Source of the DNA: Phoronis australis
Taxonomy: Eukaryota > Animalia > Phoronida
NCBI GenBank assembly: GCA_002633005.1
Contig: NMRA01000041.1
Location: forward strand, 62,001 to 126,000
Length of the DNA stretch: 64,000 nt
Reading direction: 5' to 3'
This document shows positions 35,962-50,852 of this stretch, in pieces (position 1 is the stretch's first letter; every line of letters begins with the position of its first letter). The notes under the pieces were generated by a model that saw nothing but the letters and a program-made list of their open reading frames with translations, was not told the DNA's origin and searched no databases. Both the position numbers and the translations under genes were made by a program.

Positions 35962-37299
35962 ACTTGTTATTACCCTGATAGTAATCTGCACTTTGTATTG
36001 TCGTTAACAGTCATGCGTAGTTCAATTTATCACTATCATAAGCCAAAATATAAGGGTCGCTATTTCGATAGTTTGTTGATACCGGAAGAAAGAGTAGATC
36101 CTGTCGTTACCAACTCTACCCAAGTGTTGCGCTAGCAATTCGTCATACAGCGTAGTCCCCAAGCCTCAAGATGACGCTGATAGGTTTAGCCATTTGAGTC
36201 TTGGTTATGGGAAATGCCTTGTGCGCAATGATTGGCCTTTTCACAGACGTATTGCTGCCAGTCGTGAAGAAAAAGGCATTGTTTGGGTTATTGTTTGAAA
36301 CGAAGGTTGTTGGAGTACTTATTATCAATTCTTTTTTATTAATAGTATCATAGAAATTAATCTGTTTTTGTCAATAAGTCATTTTTGCAATAATTTAGAC
36401 TTAAATTACTGCAGTATACCAAGTTTATACTACAGAATATTTCAAAGTTGATATAACTTTTTATTACTCGTGATATTCTGGCAATTTCTGTAAAAATGTG
36501 TCACACGGCATATAAAAGTTTTGTGAAAAACCTACAAACTGTAGGAAGTGATAAACTCGTCTAATCGTGTTCCTCTTTGAGCATTTTATCCATGCCTCAC
36601 TGTCGCTGTGGAAATAATAAATACAGTAAATGGTGCAAAGTACAAGAAATTTGAAAAATAATCATGCGCACTATCTGGATAACACCAAAAAGTAAAAACT
36701 TATTTCCGTGGTGGTCCATACACAAATTAATATATTAAAGAAAACAAATGTTAGGAATAAGTAATAAATTGTGACTAATTATACAGGGGGAATGAAAGGT
36801 GTGAAAGAAACTAGGTACATGTATAGGTGAAAATGAGCTGAAAACGACTGTAGGATGAAGTGACATGATAGATTACAAATAAATAGGTAAATCAATTAAA
36901 TTAATATATAAAACAGGAATTATCACTTTTCTCAATAAGGCTAGATAGATATTGTTTGATTTGTCGTTTATAAGTATTTAAATCTGTAACGTCTCTCAGG
37001 TGGCCAAGAAGTGAATTCCACAGAATTATGGTTTAATTTAAAAAAAAGTTTTAGATTCATGTGTTTTAACTCCTAGCTGTATGAAACCAGTGTTGCTCTT
37101 TCTTGTACTGGGAGCAAGCATGCTTTAAATGTCGAAGAGTGACCAATTGGGGCATCGCCATGGACAATCTTATCAATAAGGTGGAGCTCCAGTTGGTTAA
37201 CTCGATTTGCAATGTTTGGCCACCCAAGAGATTGAAAGTAATAGAAACTAATGCGAGTACGAGGGTGTAAACTGGGTACATATCTAATTATTTTTTAAA

Positions 37300-37990
37300 C
37301 ACCTGGACCTATTTGCGAAGACAACTATTTAAACTGGAAAACCAGCTTGAACAAGCATGCCGTTAATTAAACAAAGGTAGTATTAGTGAATTGCACAGGG
37401 TTTTGCGTGACCTAAAGTATAACCAATCTCTATGCCTATACATAAATTTCAGTCTACAATTGCATTTTTAAAAATAAGACTCCTCATAAGGAGCTTGATA
37501 TCCATTTGGAGACCAAGAAAATTTAAAGATGAGCATGAAGTGATAACACTGCTGTTACAAGTTATATTAAAATCAATTAAATAGTTTGGTTTACTGAAAA
37601 TAGTAAATTGATTGAGTTTTACCTACAAGAAGGGATAATGTTAGTTGTCAATAAACCAATTATGTACATGTAGGATAAATTGAGTTCATGAGTAAGAGTC
37701 TGCTCAATAAGTTCTCATGTGAAAAATAAGGCAGAATCGCCTACGTACAGTAGATTACAATCAACTGCAGATTCCATGTCAATGACTAGGCCCAGTATAG
37801 AACCCTGGGGGATGTCACGCTATCTCTTTCACTTCAGACTGACAGCCTATTTACGTCAACAAGCTGGGATCTACATGTATAGGTTAAACAAGAGTCGAAC
37901 CACTTGACACAATTCGGTGTAAGGCCAGCAGATTTCAATTTGTCAATCAAAATGAACTGGTTTGCCGTATCGAACGACTATTGCAAATAA
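37300..37990 (-). mobile_element. Degenerate L2/Crack-like LINE RT fragments
   Basis: FDTANQFILIDKLK, IPQGSILG, RLKFMYRHRDWL...RKTLCNSLI. Confidence 0.65.
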
Positions 37991-40900
37991 TTAAAATCGT
38001 GACAGTACTTTTATCGGCATAGAGAGAACTTACCGTGACAAGGACGTTCCTGCGGAGGGAAACCCATGCAAATCTGGTCTAAAGAACAATCGTCACTCAA
38101 AAGCATTTGAGCAGCCGCCAAGAAAAAATGCAGTTGCAAATCAAAGTTCCTACTCAAATATTTTTTCAAGTCGGGGTGTATGCAGTACGGTACATGTAGC
38201 TTTCTATACTTTGAATTTCGCGATGCATACGTGCTCTCCCTCAAAATCACGTTCGCGAGGGGCGAATCACCCTGGAAAACCATGACCCATGAAAATTCAT
38301 CGAAAACCTAGATTATATTGACACATTTAAGAGTAAGATAGAGAAGCAGCGGAAATGTGACCTGAGGAAGTATAATCACGTGGCAGTTTTTTTTTTTTGA
38401 TGTCCGATACTGACATATTTTTGTGCCGTTTTCGTTGTGATAAAACAGTTCCCCATTCGCCAATTCATATACTTTTTGTCTTTTCCAATATGACTGTCCA
38501 TAGCGTAATCTCACACAGTTCTGCAAATTAGTGCGAGAGTTTACAGCAACAGAAATACTCTCAGGCACATTTAGAACAATAATTACTTCTACCGTACTCT
38601 CGAAAAGGATTAATACTCAAACCAATTGGCTGTTTGCGAAGACATCATCAAGTTTAAAAGAAAACTTTTCGTTTGGGTGCTGTACAGGCAGGAAAGACAT
38701 GAATCTACAATAAAAAATATACTATACAATCGCGAAGGTCGTAATTTTCCGAAGTCGGCCGTGTCAGAAATGTTCAAGTGTACATTTTACCAAAGATAGA
38801 CTTTAACCTACGGTGGTTCCAGTCATGTATCAGAAAATCTCTCAATATATCTCTGTAATTTCCATGTCCATGTATTTAATTACAAGGGTCCAAGACATTT
38901 CGACCTTGTGTACCAGAGTACACCCAAAATATGTGGAATTAATGTAGCCGTATTAGCACAATAAACTCGACAAGTCAGTCCAATGTCACTTAAATCTATC
39001 TTTAAGTAAACACATGAATTATATTTGCTCTCAACATTCTGGTAACATACAATTTGTATCCACTTGGGAGAACACAAAAATTAATGTGCAAGAATACAAG
39101 CAAATAAAACACCTTACTATTTCAAAAAGCAAATTCTTATTTCAAATGTCCTTCCACCATATATGTACCTCTAGCGTTTTTCTTCTTGTTTTGCTGCAAT
39201 AGCTTGTTGAAAGCATTACAAGTAGTCAAATTCAATCACAAGGTTCACCTGAAATTCAACTACTAGTTGAAGAAGCACAAATTTGATGGACAGACCTTGG
39301 AAGCCAGAATTTGCCATTTGAAATAATAATGTGATCGTTCTGAATACGATCTATTTTCATGAGCTCACCACGGAATCCAGGAAAAATGTGGTCTCATTTT
39401 ATCTCATAAATCAAAAAATACTGAAGATAAAGTATTCATCTTTGCAAAGATGCTGCTTAGGAACACAAGCAGTGCATTTTCATAACTTCATGGAGTAAGT
39501 TCTGCCTTTCATCACACACTTGTAATTAGTAACATTCACAATATGACCAGACACCTATTCTTGACTATTGTCTGAACAAGTCATGGGTCAGTTATCAGCC
39601 TGATCTCTACATATAATAGACTACTCTACTCATCCCCTAAAGAAACATCTCAAGGTTCAACATGCAACAGGGGTTCATCAAGTGCTTCACAAAGAAACAG
39701 TGCCCCTTGTTGACCAAAGGGACAGCTGAGAAGTAGTGTGGGGATTCCATTGCAAGGTCAGTGCATGACCACTGAGTCATGTAAATACTGTTGGCAACGG
39801 TGCCATGTTTGTTCTATGCAGGAATTTCTAGGCTTGACTGCATAATTTGTGTGGAATGACTTTAACCTCATAAGACCAGGAGTATATCTGGTCAGTAATG
39901 CATTCCACAAACACAAGATCTCAAATCGGATTGTGACATCATTTCTAGGCAAAAGATGAGATCAATCCCATAATTCATTATAAAAAACAAGGCACAAACA
40001 CAAACACAAGTGTGTATGTTCACTCATAACCAACGAACAATTGTACAGCCAAACATGTTTTGCTTACGTTGTAAGCATGAGCTGACTGTCTGGGAATGAT
40101 GTCACATGACAACTAAAGAATGTTGCTAGCTAGCTGCTGCATTGGACCTAAGAGACTGATTGCGAAGTATAATATACAACCATCCAACATTTTGAGCGCA
40201 TTATCTTGACAGTAATACCATTAAATCTTCGAGGCAGACTCTGTAAGCTGATTATATACTGTGCTGGGACTGCCACTCACACAAGATAATTGCGCCAGAG
40301 TATCTAATACTACATGTACGACTTATGTAGACGGACTAGTTGTGCAGACTGATGGCTCATGCAGACTGATGGCTCGTGCGAGGTAGCCTGTGTCACCACT
40401 TGACAACAGTTCTACAACTTAATTAAAAAGCTCCAAACCCACCTTTCATCATTAGACAACTTACTGTTACACATTGTTCCTTAGCCGATACAGGAGTGAT
40501 TTCTAGGCTACTAAGGAAAGAACTCACATTTCATTATTGCTCAAGTTCACGCTCTACAAGTTCACTGTGGTAAGTAGTCTAAATCAGAATTCAGTTTCTT
40601 TAATGGAATGTGGGCTTATTGCTGCTTTGAACTGACAAATACGACTAGCTTTACATTAACATATAGCACCACTAGGGGATCTAGGATGTCATCAGGGGGC
40701 AACCACAATGTGTGAAGGTGAATTGTTCGCATATCCCCTTAAACATATCCATAAGGGGGAGCCAAGCCCCTAAACTTGCCTGTGACTAAAATATCTCATC
40801 AGCAGTCACATGGATTCTGAACATTAAGTAAACTACTGCCAAAGCTACTCTGACACAAAAGTAACGTTTGAGTATTGAACACAACACAGCATTTCCATGT

Positions 40901-41206
40901 TACATAAACTGGCAATGGGGTTGCAAGTGTTTTGAAATTGAGGGGTAAAAACAATTCGGGCCACAGTCTGCCCGTCAGCCGCCACTAATTTCATGCCATT
41001 GACTTCATGCCACTTCCAGTGTCTGCACATGTCCACATCTATGCCCATGCAATCAAGTCCCTCCCCGGTCTGCACAAGTAGCTCCGTGCCTGCTAAACCC
41101 CCACCAAATCAACAGTGTGACCCACAAATTCACCCAATGGCTCTGGATGAAACACACACACAATAGCTCAAGAAGCACTGCCAGGTACCGAATCACTAAA
41201 CTAGTG

Positions 41207-41287
41207 AGCAGTGTGTGCCAGCATTTTGTGCCAGCAGTGTGTGCCAGCAGTGTGTGCCCGCAGTGTGTGCCAGCAGTGTGTGCCACC
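41207..41287. repeat. 13-bp minisatellite, ~6 copies, in the probable NRBP 3' UTR
   Basis: (GCAGTGTGTGCCA)n. Confidence 0.8.
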
Positions 41288-42028
41288 AGTCCCCCCATTC
41301 GTTTACAATAACAGGACTCCTAATCGTGAAACAGGGTTTCACAGTCAAATTCGTTTAGCGCATGAGCAAAAAGTACCTTGACAGTTTGAGAACAAACACA
41401 AGTCAGTGAAGCAAGCAGACGCTGAAGTGGTACCTCCCATGACAAGCCAGACACCCAAAACATTGGACACTCAAAGTTTTAACATAAAATTACGCCCTTG
41501 CATAGTTTGTAAGGAATGCCATCATGTTACTATGGATACTTGTAGCAGCAAACCGGTGTTGAGTTCACCCAATGAAGTCAAGGAAGTGCATTGGTTCAAT
41601 ATTTTCATGACTAATAGTTCTTGACTCTATTCAGTCCCTACTTCCTTCACACGCTCAGGACATGATAGATGTGAGTAATACAAGTTGGGGACACAGCTTT
41701 TGTTCACTGGTGCACACAATTAGCACTTTACAGAATTGAAAACAAAGAAACAGAATCTCGGCCACATTACACGGCAGTCTGCGATTGGTAATACTTGGCA
41801 CTTTCTGCAAGTCCAGTTCAAGAAACCAAATCTTGTTTCCAGTTAGAACACTTGTCAATAATCCCACCAACGTAGATCGCTATCCAGGGAACTCGGAGTG
41901 TACTAAGTAGCGACAGCAGGCTGCAGCCAGAATCTTTGAAAAGGTTTACATGTTTCGCAGAAATTCAGCATTGCACTTCTTTGTTGCTTCATGTTAAGCA
42001 GGTGTGCGTCTCCATTCAATCGCGACGG

Positions 42029-42124
42029 TTACGTGTTGGTAACGATGAGTTGAGCTGGTTTCGAGTTTTGGCCACCATTGCGAATGCTGTCTTCCATTAG
42101 GTTGGCTACTTTGTCTTGATCACC
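42029..42124 (-). CDS. NRBP1: NRBP exon 14 (terminal)
   Basis: GDQDKVANLMEDSIRNGGQNSKPAQLIVTNT*. Confidence 0.88.
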   Translation of the reverse strand, partial: GDQDKVANLMEDSIRNGGQNSKPAQLIVTNT

Positions 42125-45100
42125 CTGAGAATAGAGGTTAAGTGATCACAAACCGCAACTGTCCAGACCATCAAATGCAACAAACACAATAAAAAAGTTT
42201 CAGTGTCAAAAGAAAGCAAAGTTGACGACATAAAATAATTCTAGTCACGGAAGTCTAAATTATCTAAAAATCCACAATAACTTGAAAATTAAACATAATA
42301 ACCAGTGTCAAAAAGGTAGTAACACTCAGTGCCAGACCACTGGCTTTGTGCACAACTGCCCGAGTCAGCTTAGCTTTCCTGCAGACCACAAAACACAAGA
42401 AAATACCATGTTCCATTTTCAAAACAAACCCAAATATTTCAAACCAGCCTTCATAATTTGTTCTACGATAAATTTTCAATGTTTTAATTCATGCTTCCAA
42501 TAACTTAAGGTGCGCATTCTGTAAATGACACCTGCTGTGTTTGCCGTTTCAATTGACTTCTTGTTAAAGTTATTTTTAGCTTCAAACAGCACACCGAATG
42601 GTACAGGTTTAGGGGAAGACAATTTAAACACTCCGAAATAGTACACTAATTCCATGGTGAAATTGGCAAAAATATCAAAAACAGTTGACCCCAAATGACC
42701 TTTGTACCTTGTTGATAAACCCATGGAAGACCAGCTCCTCAGCCAGATTGTGGGCAGAATCCTCGTTGGTGAAGTCACACTCCAGCTGCCTGTTCATCTT
42801 GTCATCCATTCGCAGTAAGATTGTCATCTAACAATAAATAATAACCATAATATCAATACATGCACAAACAAAACAAGGTAACTAGTCATCAAATATTGAA
42901 ATGACATGATGCACAAGAATCTATTTGGACAAAGTAAATTTCATGGATTCAATCGAACAATAGAACTGAAGACCAAAATTTCTGGTCAGTTTTTGAAAAC
43001 TCCTAAATCCCAGGCATCTGGAGTCCACATCCTGTCCAGTGGGTGCAGTGCATCACTTTATTTTTTTCTCATTTGGTCAACAATAGAAATATATCACTTT
43101 CAAGGAAACAATCAAGGAATGAAGGCACTGCTAAGAACGGACTAAACAAAGATGTTTTGAAGTAACCCTCTTAAAACAACGGCTTGTTCACTCCCTTCAC
43201 AGAATAAACACACAGCTTTCTGGGACACCATTAACTCCATCAAACGTTATCTTTAAAGTGACTTTGCATGAACTCAGCCTCTAATGTAAATATCGCATTT
43301 CCACAGCGTCAGCGGCTGTTTTTTGTTTGTCTACACCGAACCTTTCTAAAGGAGTGTACTAAATAAATGAACATCAGTCGACCACTTTATATCAGACTTT
43401 TGTTTAAAATGTCTTTATTCTTTAAAGTAAACAATTTTAAAGGCAGATGAAGATCGCCTATTTGCTACTGTACTCATTCTTCCCTACATCCATACTTGAG
43501 TCCATTTCACAAATAACAATTTTATACATTATGGGCAAACTGCTTTTCAGTGATGAATTTGTTTAAAATCATGGAATTGAAAAATTTCTCAGTTTTCATT
43601 GCAGGTCATCAGATGCAACTACTTTGTTACGAAAAAAAAAACTAAGCGGAATGAATTGTGCGAAGAACTGAAATTTAAGAATACTATCCTGCAAGGGGTT
43701 TAGGAGATACAGCCGCGGACGCCCAGACAGAGATGACAGCAATATGCACCCTCATATTTATATGTGGGTGCATAAAAATGAGATTAAAAATTTTGATACA
43801 CCAATTATTAGATATTTTTGCCAATCACAGATATTTGCACACTGTTGGCTGTATCTTTGTAAACAAGCATAGATGTGTATAACTAATTTTAAAAACAAAG
43901 ACTGTTTGAAAACTCAAAAGGACAGCACACCTTAAAATACTCATTTCACAAACGAATCAGTTACAAGGGAGACAACTACATACCTGTAGTGCCGTTGGGT
44001 CTGTCTCCAGTTTATGCACACTGCATGACATCTTTACAATGCTGCGTGACTCAACATCGGCAGGCTCAGGCGTCTCTGACTTAACAGACTCCGCAACTTC
44101 CGGTGAAGGGGGTCGTGGCCTCATAGTCTGAGTGTGGCTAATCTCGAATGCCGTCAGAGGGTAGATACCATTCCTAGCAGGTGAACCAATGAACATACAT
44201 GAAGACCAGGTATTCAAACTCTAAAAAACTAATGTCACAACTGAGATTGCGGGCAGACATTTCTCGACGCTCAAATTGAACATCAAGTTTCCAAATTATA
44301 AACCCACCAATCAAAAAACTGCCTGATGCCACAATTGCTAAGCATTTAATAAACATTCCTGGAATAGCTGTTTGGAGCACAAGACCACATTTCTAACTTA
44401 AGTCTTCACTTTCCATGAAACAGATCCTAGATAAGTAAATTTGTGATTAGACTATTCAACACCTTCTTCGTTCCTTGCACTATCCAAATTCAATAGAACT
44501 TTATATATATACCTTTGCCATAAGAACACCTCAAGTAAAATAACAAATATCCTATTACCCGAAAAATTGGAATGGCTTTCTGTTCAGAATCATTGCATTT
44601 TAAATAATCTCAAAAATGCATTGCAAATAAGACCATGACCTAGTATACGAGATTTAACACTTAGTAAAACGTACTTGACATCTTCTAAAAACTTTTCTAG
44701 CTCCAGCACAGGCAACTGTTTCACTCTGAAAAACAAAGTCGAATTGTACATGAATATGAATAGAGCTCACAGCTACACAATCAGTAAATGTTCAGACAAT
44801 ATTCAGAGATGCAGGTGAGTGGTTGGAGATGGAGATGAAGTAACAACATAGACTATAGACTCCACACGTACACTGTGAAGAAGGCACTGTGTAACAAGTG
44901 ACAACACAATTTGGGGGAAATGGCAATACTCAATTAATGGCGCTGATGTATTGCGAGGTGATTGTCAGCTGTTGAGGTGACGAGTGTTTTACACACATCT
45001 TTAGGGGCAGCACTGACAGATGTCAACCAGATTAGCTACTTGCCTCGAGAGAATTGTACCTCAGCTCAAATCTCGGTGAGGTTTACCCACACAGTGAGAC

Positions 45101-48100
45101 ACAATGCTCACCGGTGTGTAAACAACATTGAGTGTAAATGTAGTACACATGGTTACAATGAGATGTGTTATCAGGAGATGCAATAATTCAATCTTCATTG
45201 GCTAACAAAGGTATTCCACTAAAAACTAACTTCGCCAACATGCTGCGAGGATTTACACTCGGTAGGTAAAAGAAATCTAACAAGTGAGTCATTTACTCCA
45301 CAGCTTCTCAGGCAATAGTCGAATATAACATGCACATACTTTGAGAACCAGTTGGATGCCCGTTATTCAGCAGAGAAAACTGGTTCTCAAAATGTGGGCA
45401 CTTTATATCCGACCATTGCTGTCTCTCAAGGCAAAATCCTCACATTTCATTTTGCTGCAGCTGTGAGGTATGAGCTCATTAATTTGTATTGGAAGCACAG
45501 AGCTGTGCTGGACCCTCTAATCCAACCAAGAAACATGCCCATGTGAGCACACCATTTTCATGGTACACAGGGCTGTACACAATAACACACAACAGATTTG
45601 CCATTTTTGAGGCATTTTGTGACAATGAGCTCACTTAGACTAGACTCTAGTGATTATTTCTGTTCATCACTATTGCTATTAAACGCATACCAGACAATCA
45701 ATAAAGAGTTAAACAATTGTCATTAGTAGCCATCAGCTCAACAGTGAACATACAAGCGATTGCTAGCCACTCACTGCATTGACACTGGCTCGCTGTCACC
45801 TGGATGTTTTATCTCAGCTATGACTAATTCAGGTTCAGGACGAAGCCAACGGTTCTCTGTGATGTTTTCTGATAAGGCATCTGAAAAAATAAAACACAGA
45901 TCTTAGTCTTCAACAAGCCATTAAGCGAGCAAATTTCGCAACTTACGACTGCAATGTCAAGGTTAAATTCAGCACAATTAAAGACTCTTGGTAATTAACC
46001 CAATCTAAGGTTGTGGCAACGGTTTTTCTAATTTTATCTTTTTATAACTAGGTACAGTCACAATGAGACAATAATAATTTCACAAAATAGATACTATATA
46101 AGAACTCTTGTTTCTTGCCATTTTAGTGGAGCTTGCCCCAAACCATTCTTCAAACTCACAACCTTGCAGATACAATGACATTACTGACCACTGTTTTCAG
46201 TGTTAGGGCCGAGCAGACAGAGAGCTGCAAGGTCAGCTGACCAGGTCAAGTGAAGGTTAGCTGATCTGACAGATCCCATCAAGCTGTCAAAATACGACCA
46301 CAGTTAAATGAACTAGCTGTTAGTTCATTTAATTTGAGAATTTCATCTACAGCACTGCGTCGTTTTTCTTTCTGGGACAGTTGTTGGCTTGTAAACATTC
46401 AGAGACATCACCGAAAACTTGGAGATGTGAACAGCATTCCGTAAATGCAAGAATTTAGAGATTTGTTTCGAGAAGATTACACGATTTATTAATCAAAATT
46501 TGTTGAAGACAATTTATTCGGATTTGTTATCACTGAACAACGACAAATGATCAAAAGAGGTTTTCCATGAATGATGCTATGAATGACGATCAGGCTGATA
46601 TCAGAGACTGACAATCACTTATCACCAGCCTAATATGATGGAGCTCTCAGTCTGCACAGCCTCGTATGACACAATAATGCGTCCACATATAAATATGTGG
46701 GCGCATCAAAAGGCCAATTCTTCGAGTCCACTCACTTACTAGCAACTTTATCCCATTGTGTAAGTCAGGGACTTGGGAAAAGAAGGCTAAAAATGTTACT
46801 AACACTTGTACTTAATATTAGATCAATCACAATTGAAATTGTACTCTCAATAACCGCAAACCAAAATAGTTACTTACTAGAATGTTGTATGAAGTTGTGT
46901 GCGGCTAGAAGCTTAAGTGAGTGCACTTCAAACAAGACTTTATGGAATAACAGTTCTCGTGCTTTCAGGCGCTGGTTGGGGTCCTTCCTTAGGCAGGCCT
47001 CGATGAAGTCCTGAAACAGATGAGAACAAGCTTCACTCCAGAGTACACGTCTGTTATAAACCTCTAAACATTCAAATGCAAGAAAGCCCCAATGCAATTC
47101 TGATGCAAGTGGCATAATAACAAATTCTAACTCTTGATAGGAGTACCCTTCAGTACCCCCAAACCCACACATATCCCAACTGTACTCACATTCTGCTGGG
47201 CATCCTGTGTTGTGTCCAACACCTTACTGCCAGACCCTTCAAGCGCCTGTCTCCCACAGCTACTCCATTACCCCCACAGGTCTCACTAATACTCACCCTT
47301 TGCTGGGGGTCCTCCAATGACCCCAGCGTCTTCATAATGGACTCCTCCGTCACCTGCCTTCCAGAGTCTCCGTTCCCTTGTATCTCCAGCACTGCCATCT
47401 CCAGGGTACACATGCCAAACGAGTAGATGTCCACCGCTGTCGTAACTGGCACACCAGATGTGCCTAGTCAGAAACAGTTAATATTCCGATTACGTAACTA
47501 AACTAAAAGTTTTCAAGGAAAACTTCAGGAGATGCTGACACTCATACGTAAATGGAAATGTGCCACCATATTGCATTGTGCCGCCATATTGCATTACGTC
47601 TTGCACAAAAAATCCGATCCCAAGACACATTTTAACTCTGCTATGGCAATATTTATCCTTAAAAAACATTGTTATAATACAAACATCTCTGTGTGTTCAC
47701 AAGGCTACATTTTCTAATCAACGACCATCAACTCTGAAACGACTGGATAAGTGCAAACAATATCAGGGTTGTTGTCCGCGCTTACATGTCATTCTGCATC
47801 ACAAGTATGTTATTCAGTTTACTCAAAAAGTCACAGGTTGATACATATACCTTTTAAAAATTATTTTCTGAATGGTATGAAAAGCATCACCATTGATTTT
47901 ATGCAAGGTTAATCAACAATTAAAGATTTGGTCTAAAACAAATGCAATAAAACTTGTGACCACAACTCAAAACCATTTTATTTAGCCTTGACAAAAAGTT
48001 TCCTAAATCAGTAAAAATGAAATGTTTCTGCAACAAAAACAATCTCGATCACGCATAGAAAGAGGAAACTTCTAATTTCAACAACCTCTCAAGATGCAGC

Positions 48101-50821
48101 ATTTTAATACATGGCAAATTGATGTTGTATGTAGAATCTATGCATCATGTCAAATACTTGACCTACTTACCAGCCAACTCATCTCAAATACTTGACCTAC
48201 TTACCAGCCAACTCATCTCAAATACTTGACCTACTTACCAGCCAATTCCTCTCAAAGAGTGGGAAGATTGAAAGAAACATTAATTTTAAAAACATTTTCT
48301 TGATGTCCTTTAAAGTAAGAAAGGTGCTCCCAAGACGTATAGAACACGCGACCTCAGCAATCGCAGTTCAGACGTTTTGATGGTGGAACTAAATCTATTT
48401 TAAGCATATTAAACTGATAAATGCCACGGGCCTGGATTTCAGTAAATGACAGGAAGTCAGTGGATAAAACGCATAATCATTAAAACAAAAGGTCAAGCCA
48501 TTTTGCCGATGTATAGCTCCAGCCAAAGCTACTAACTTCAATAAGTCAGTAGCATCCATCAACAATCCCAAAAATTCCTATTTTGGTTTTAAATCCCTTT
48601 AAGTTATATAGACATACCTCCATACTCAGGCGCAATGTAATGCATATTTTTTAGTTCGTTCATTGTCTTGACATGTTGGTGAATGGCGTCTGGTGCCACT
48701 GAAAAAGGAAACGAATGGATTTCAAGGCTCCATCAAACACACTGGTCTAAACAATAGTGTTTACAGCAAAAGAATGCGGACATAAATGCTATGGTACATT
48801 AATTCCCTCGTTATTTCATTCTTCAGATGTCTGGTTTGTACACAACTTCAATAAAGCAGTTAAGCTACAGAACAGGAAATTCCATAATATGTTCCTAACA
48901 CATATTACAAACCATTTCTGGGCTTCTGAAGAATTGACAGTTCATCATTGCTGGAGACCAGGTTCAATAAGTTGGCGTGACCCCAACGGGTCATTTTACG
49001 CGCCCCTCATGGCCTCGAGCAATAGCAAACTGCCAGTATTTCCCAAGTCCAGAAACCACTCTGAGTAAGGAACAAGTTGAGACCAGAAGTACAAAAAGTC
49101 TCTTTGGCATGAGGCTGGTTCATAACAGTATTGCAAACCTTAGAAAAAGTGCAGTACCACAGGCATTAATCAGATTTATGACCAAAAATGGTAGTAAGGC
49201 CTTATGTAAAGCAGTCACGTACTGTAACATAAAACAACGCACCACAGGCAAAACAAAGTTTTAATATGCATCAGTAAACTCATATCTGCCACTTTCACAA
49301 AAACAGTCTAACTTCGCTTACACAATCTATAGTTTTGTACATGCTGTTATGTAAAACTTGCACAACATATAATGTAGGCCCGCAAAATTACACTTATCTC
49401 GAGCTTAAAAGGATACTAGACCCTGTTTGGACGATTTCAGTCAAGGCCTTGTTCTTAAAAGGATACTAGACCCTGTTTTGATGATTTCAGTCAAGGCCTT
49501 GTTCTGCCACTTCCTAATGCATCACTTATGTCCAACATGAGTGATAAAAGCAGAATTCAAGTGAAAATTGGACATTATACTTCTTGGTGGGTGGTTGTCC
49601 TTACAGTTGTTATGTAACTCACCTAAAGTGTAGGTCGCGCTTGCCCCGTTTAGCAGACTTTGTAAGGAATTTACAAATTTCGCTACACGTTTTTGAGGGT
49701 TGTCGATGGTTACAAGGCATTACTTTGTTTCAGAGAACTGGATAGGGAACTTGTTTTTAATACCTGTTAATAGGCCAAAACAGAGTTTAGTAATATCCTT
49801 TTAACCTTTTATCCTATTTAGCTCTGATCACAATTTTTATTAATGACCACCACATTCTAGTCACTGCAAACTTTTGTCAGGTGTTAACAATCCAGATTCG
49901 TTTGAAAGATGGGAAAAAAGAAAGCTTCAGTGTTTTCACAACAAACAGACGGCTGACAAAAAAGGGTTTAACAAATAAACCAACCACCTGAAACTGAAAA
50001 ACATCAAATGGCTGACAGGAAAAGCATTTTGTTGCAGAGACACTCGCATTATCTAACAGCAAGCCAGTGCAATATGAAGGACAAAGAAGTGCCGACTACT
50101 TCATCGATGGACACTTTGAAATGGTGGTGAATTTGAACACCAGTGGCATTGCCAGAATTTTCTCAGACGGCCACACTTTGTGAATTGTTTTATAAGAAGG
50201 CAATCATCAATTGGCAACGCCAAAAATTGTTCTAACCACCCCAGAAAACTTTCTGTGAAATTGCATTTGTCGTAAAATCCAACTTTACTGGTTAGACAGC
50301 AAAGAGTTTGTGAAAATGATCATTCTATCCGGTAAATGTACGGCAATTCTACACTTTTTATTTAGCACACAATATGCCCAACAATATTGTCAATTTCTCC
50401 ACAAAAATAAAGATTAAAAATTTTAATCAACTACAAGCATGGTTTGTACTATGTAGATAATATAAAACAACTTTTGGCAAGATTTCCAATATTTGCAGTA
50501 AAGCAATAATCCACTGAAAAATGGGAAAATGAAATTTGTTTCAATTACTTTTGTTGAAAATAAGTGGATAACTACCGTAGGTCAGAAACTAGGGTAAAAT
50601 GGGGTAATCAATGCCTCTTCTAGTTAGGATACGTTATCTGTGAATAAATTATGAGGAATATGAGATGGGTCTCAGTGTCTCTCGATTTGCCAAAGACTTC
50701 AAAGTGTAGACAAGTATTAAGTACTAGCGTAACATATTGGCACTCACTATGTAAAAACCAGGAGGCTGAAAGCAGGTAATAACATAACTCGATAAATACA
50801 CAAATGGAGGCAACCACAAGA

Positions 50822-50852
<31 letters not shown>

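Noticed and set aside
48150-48256. 34-bp repeats as a CRISPR array
   Set aside because: Head-to-tail with no unique spacers, no cas genes, eukaryotic intron.
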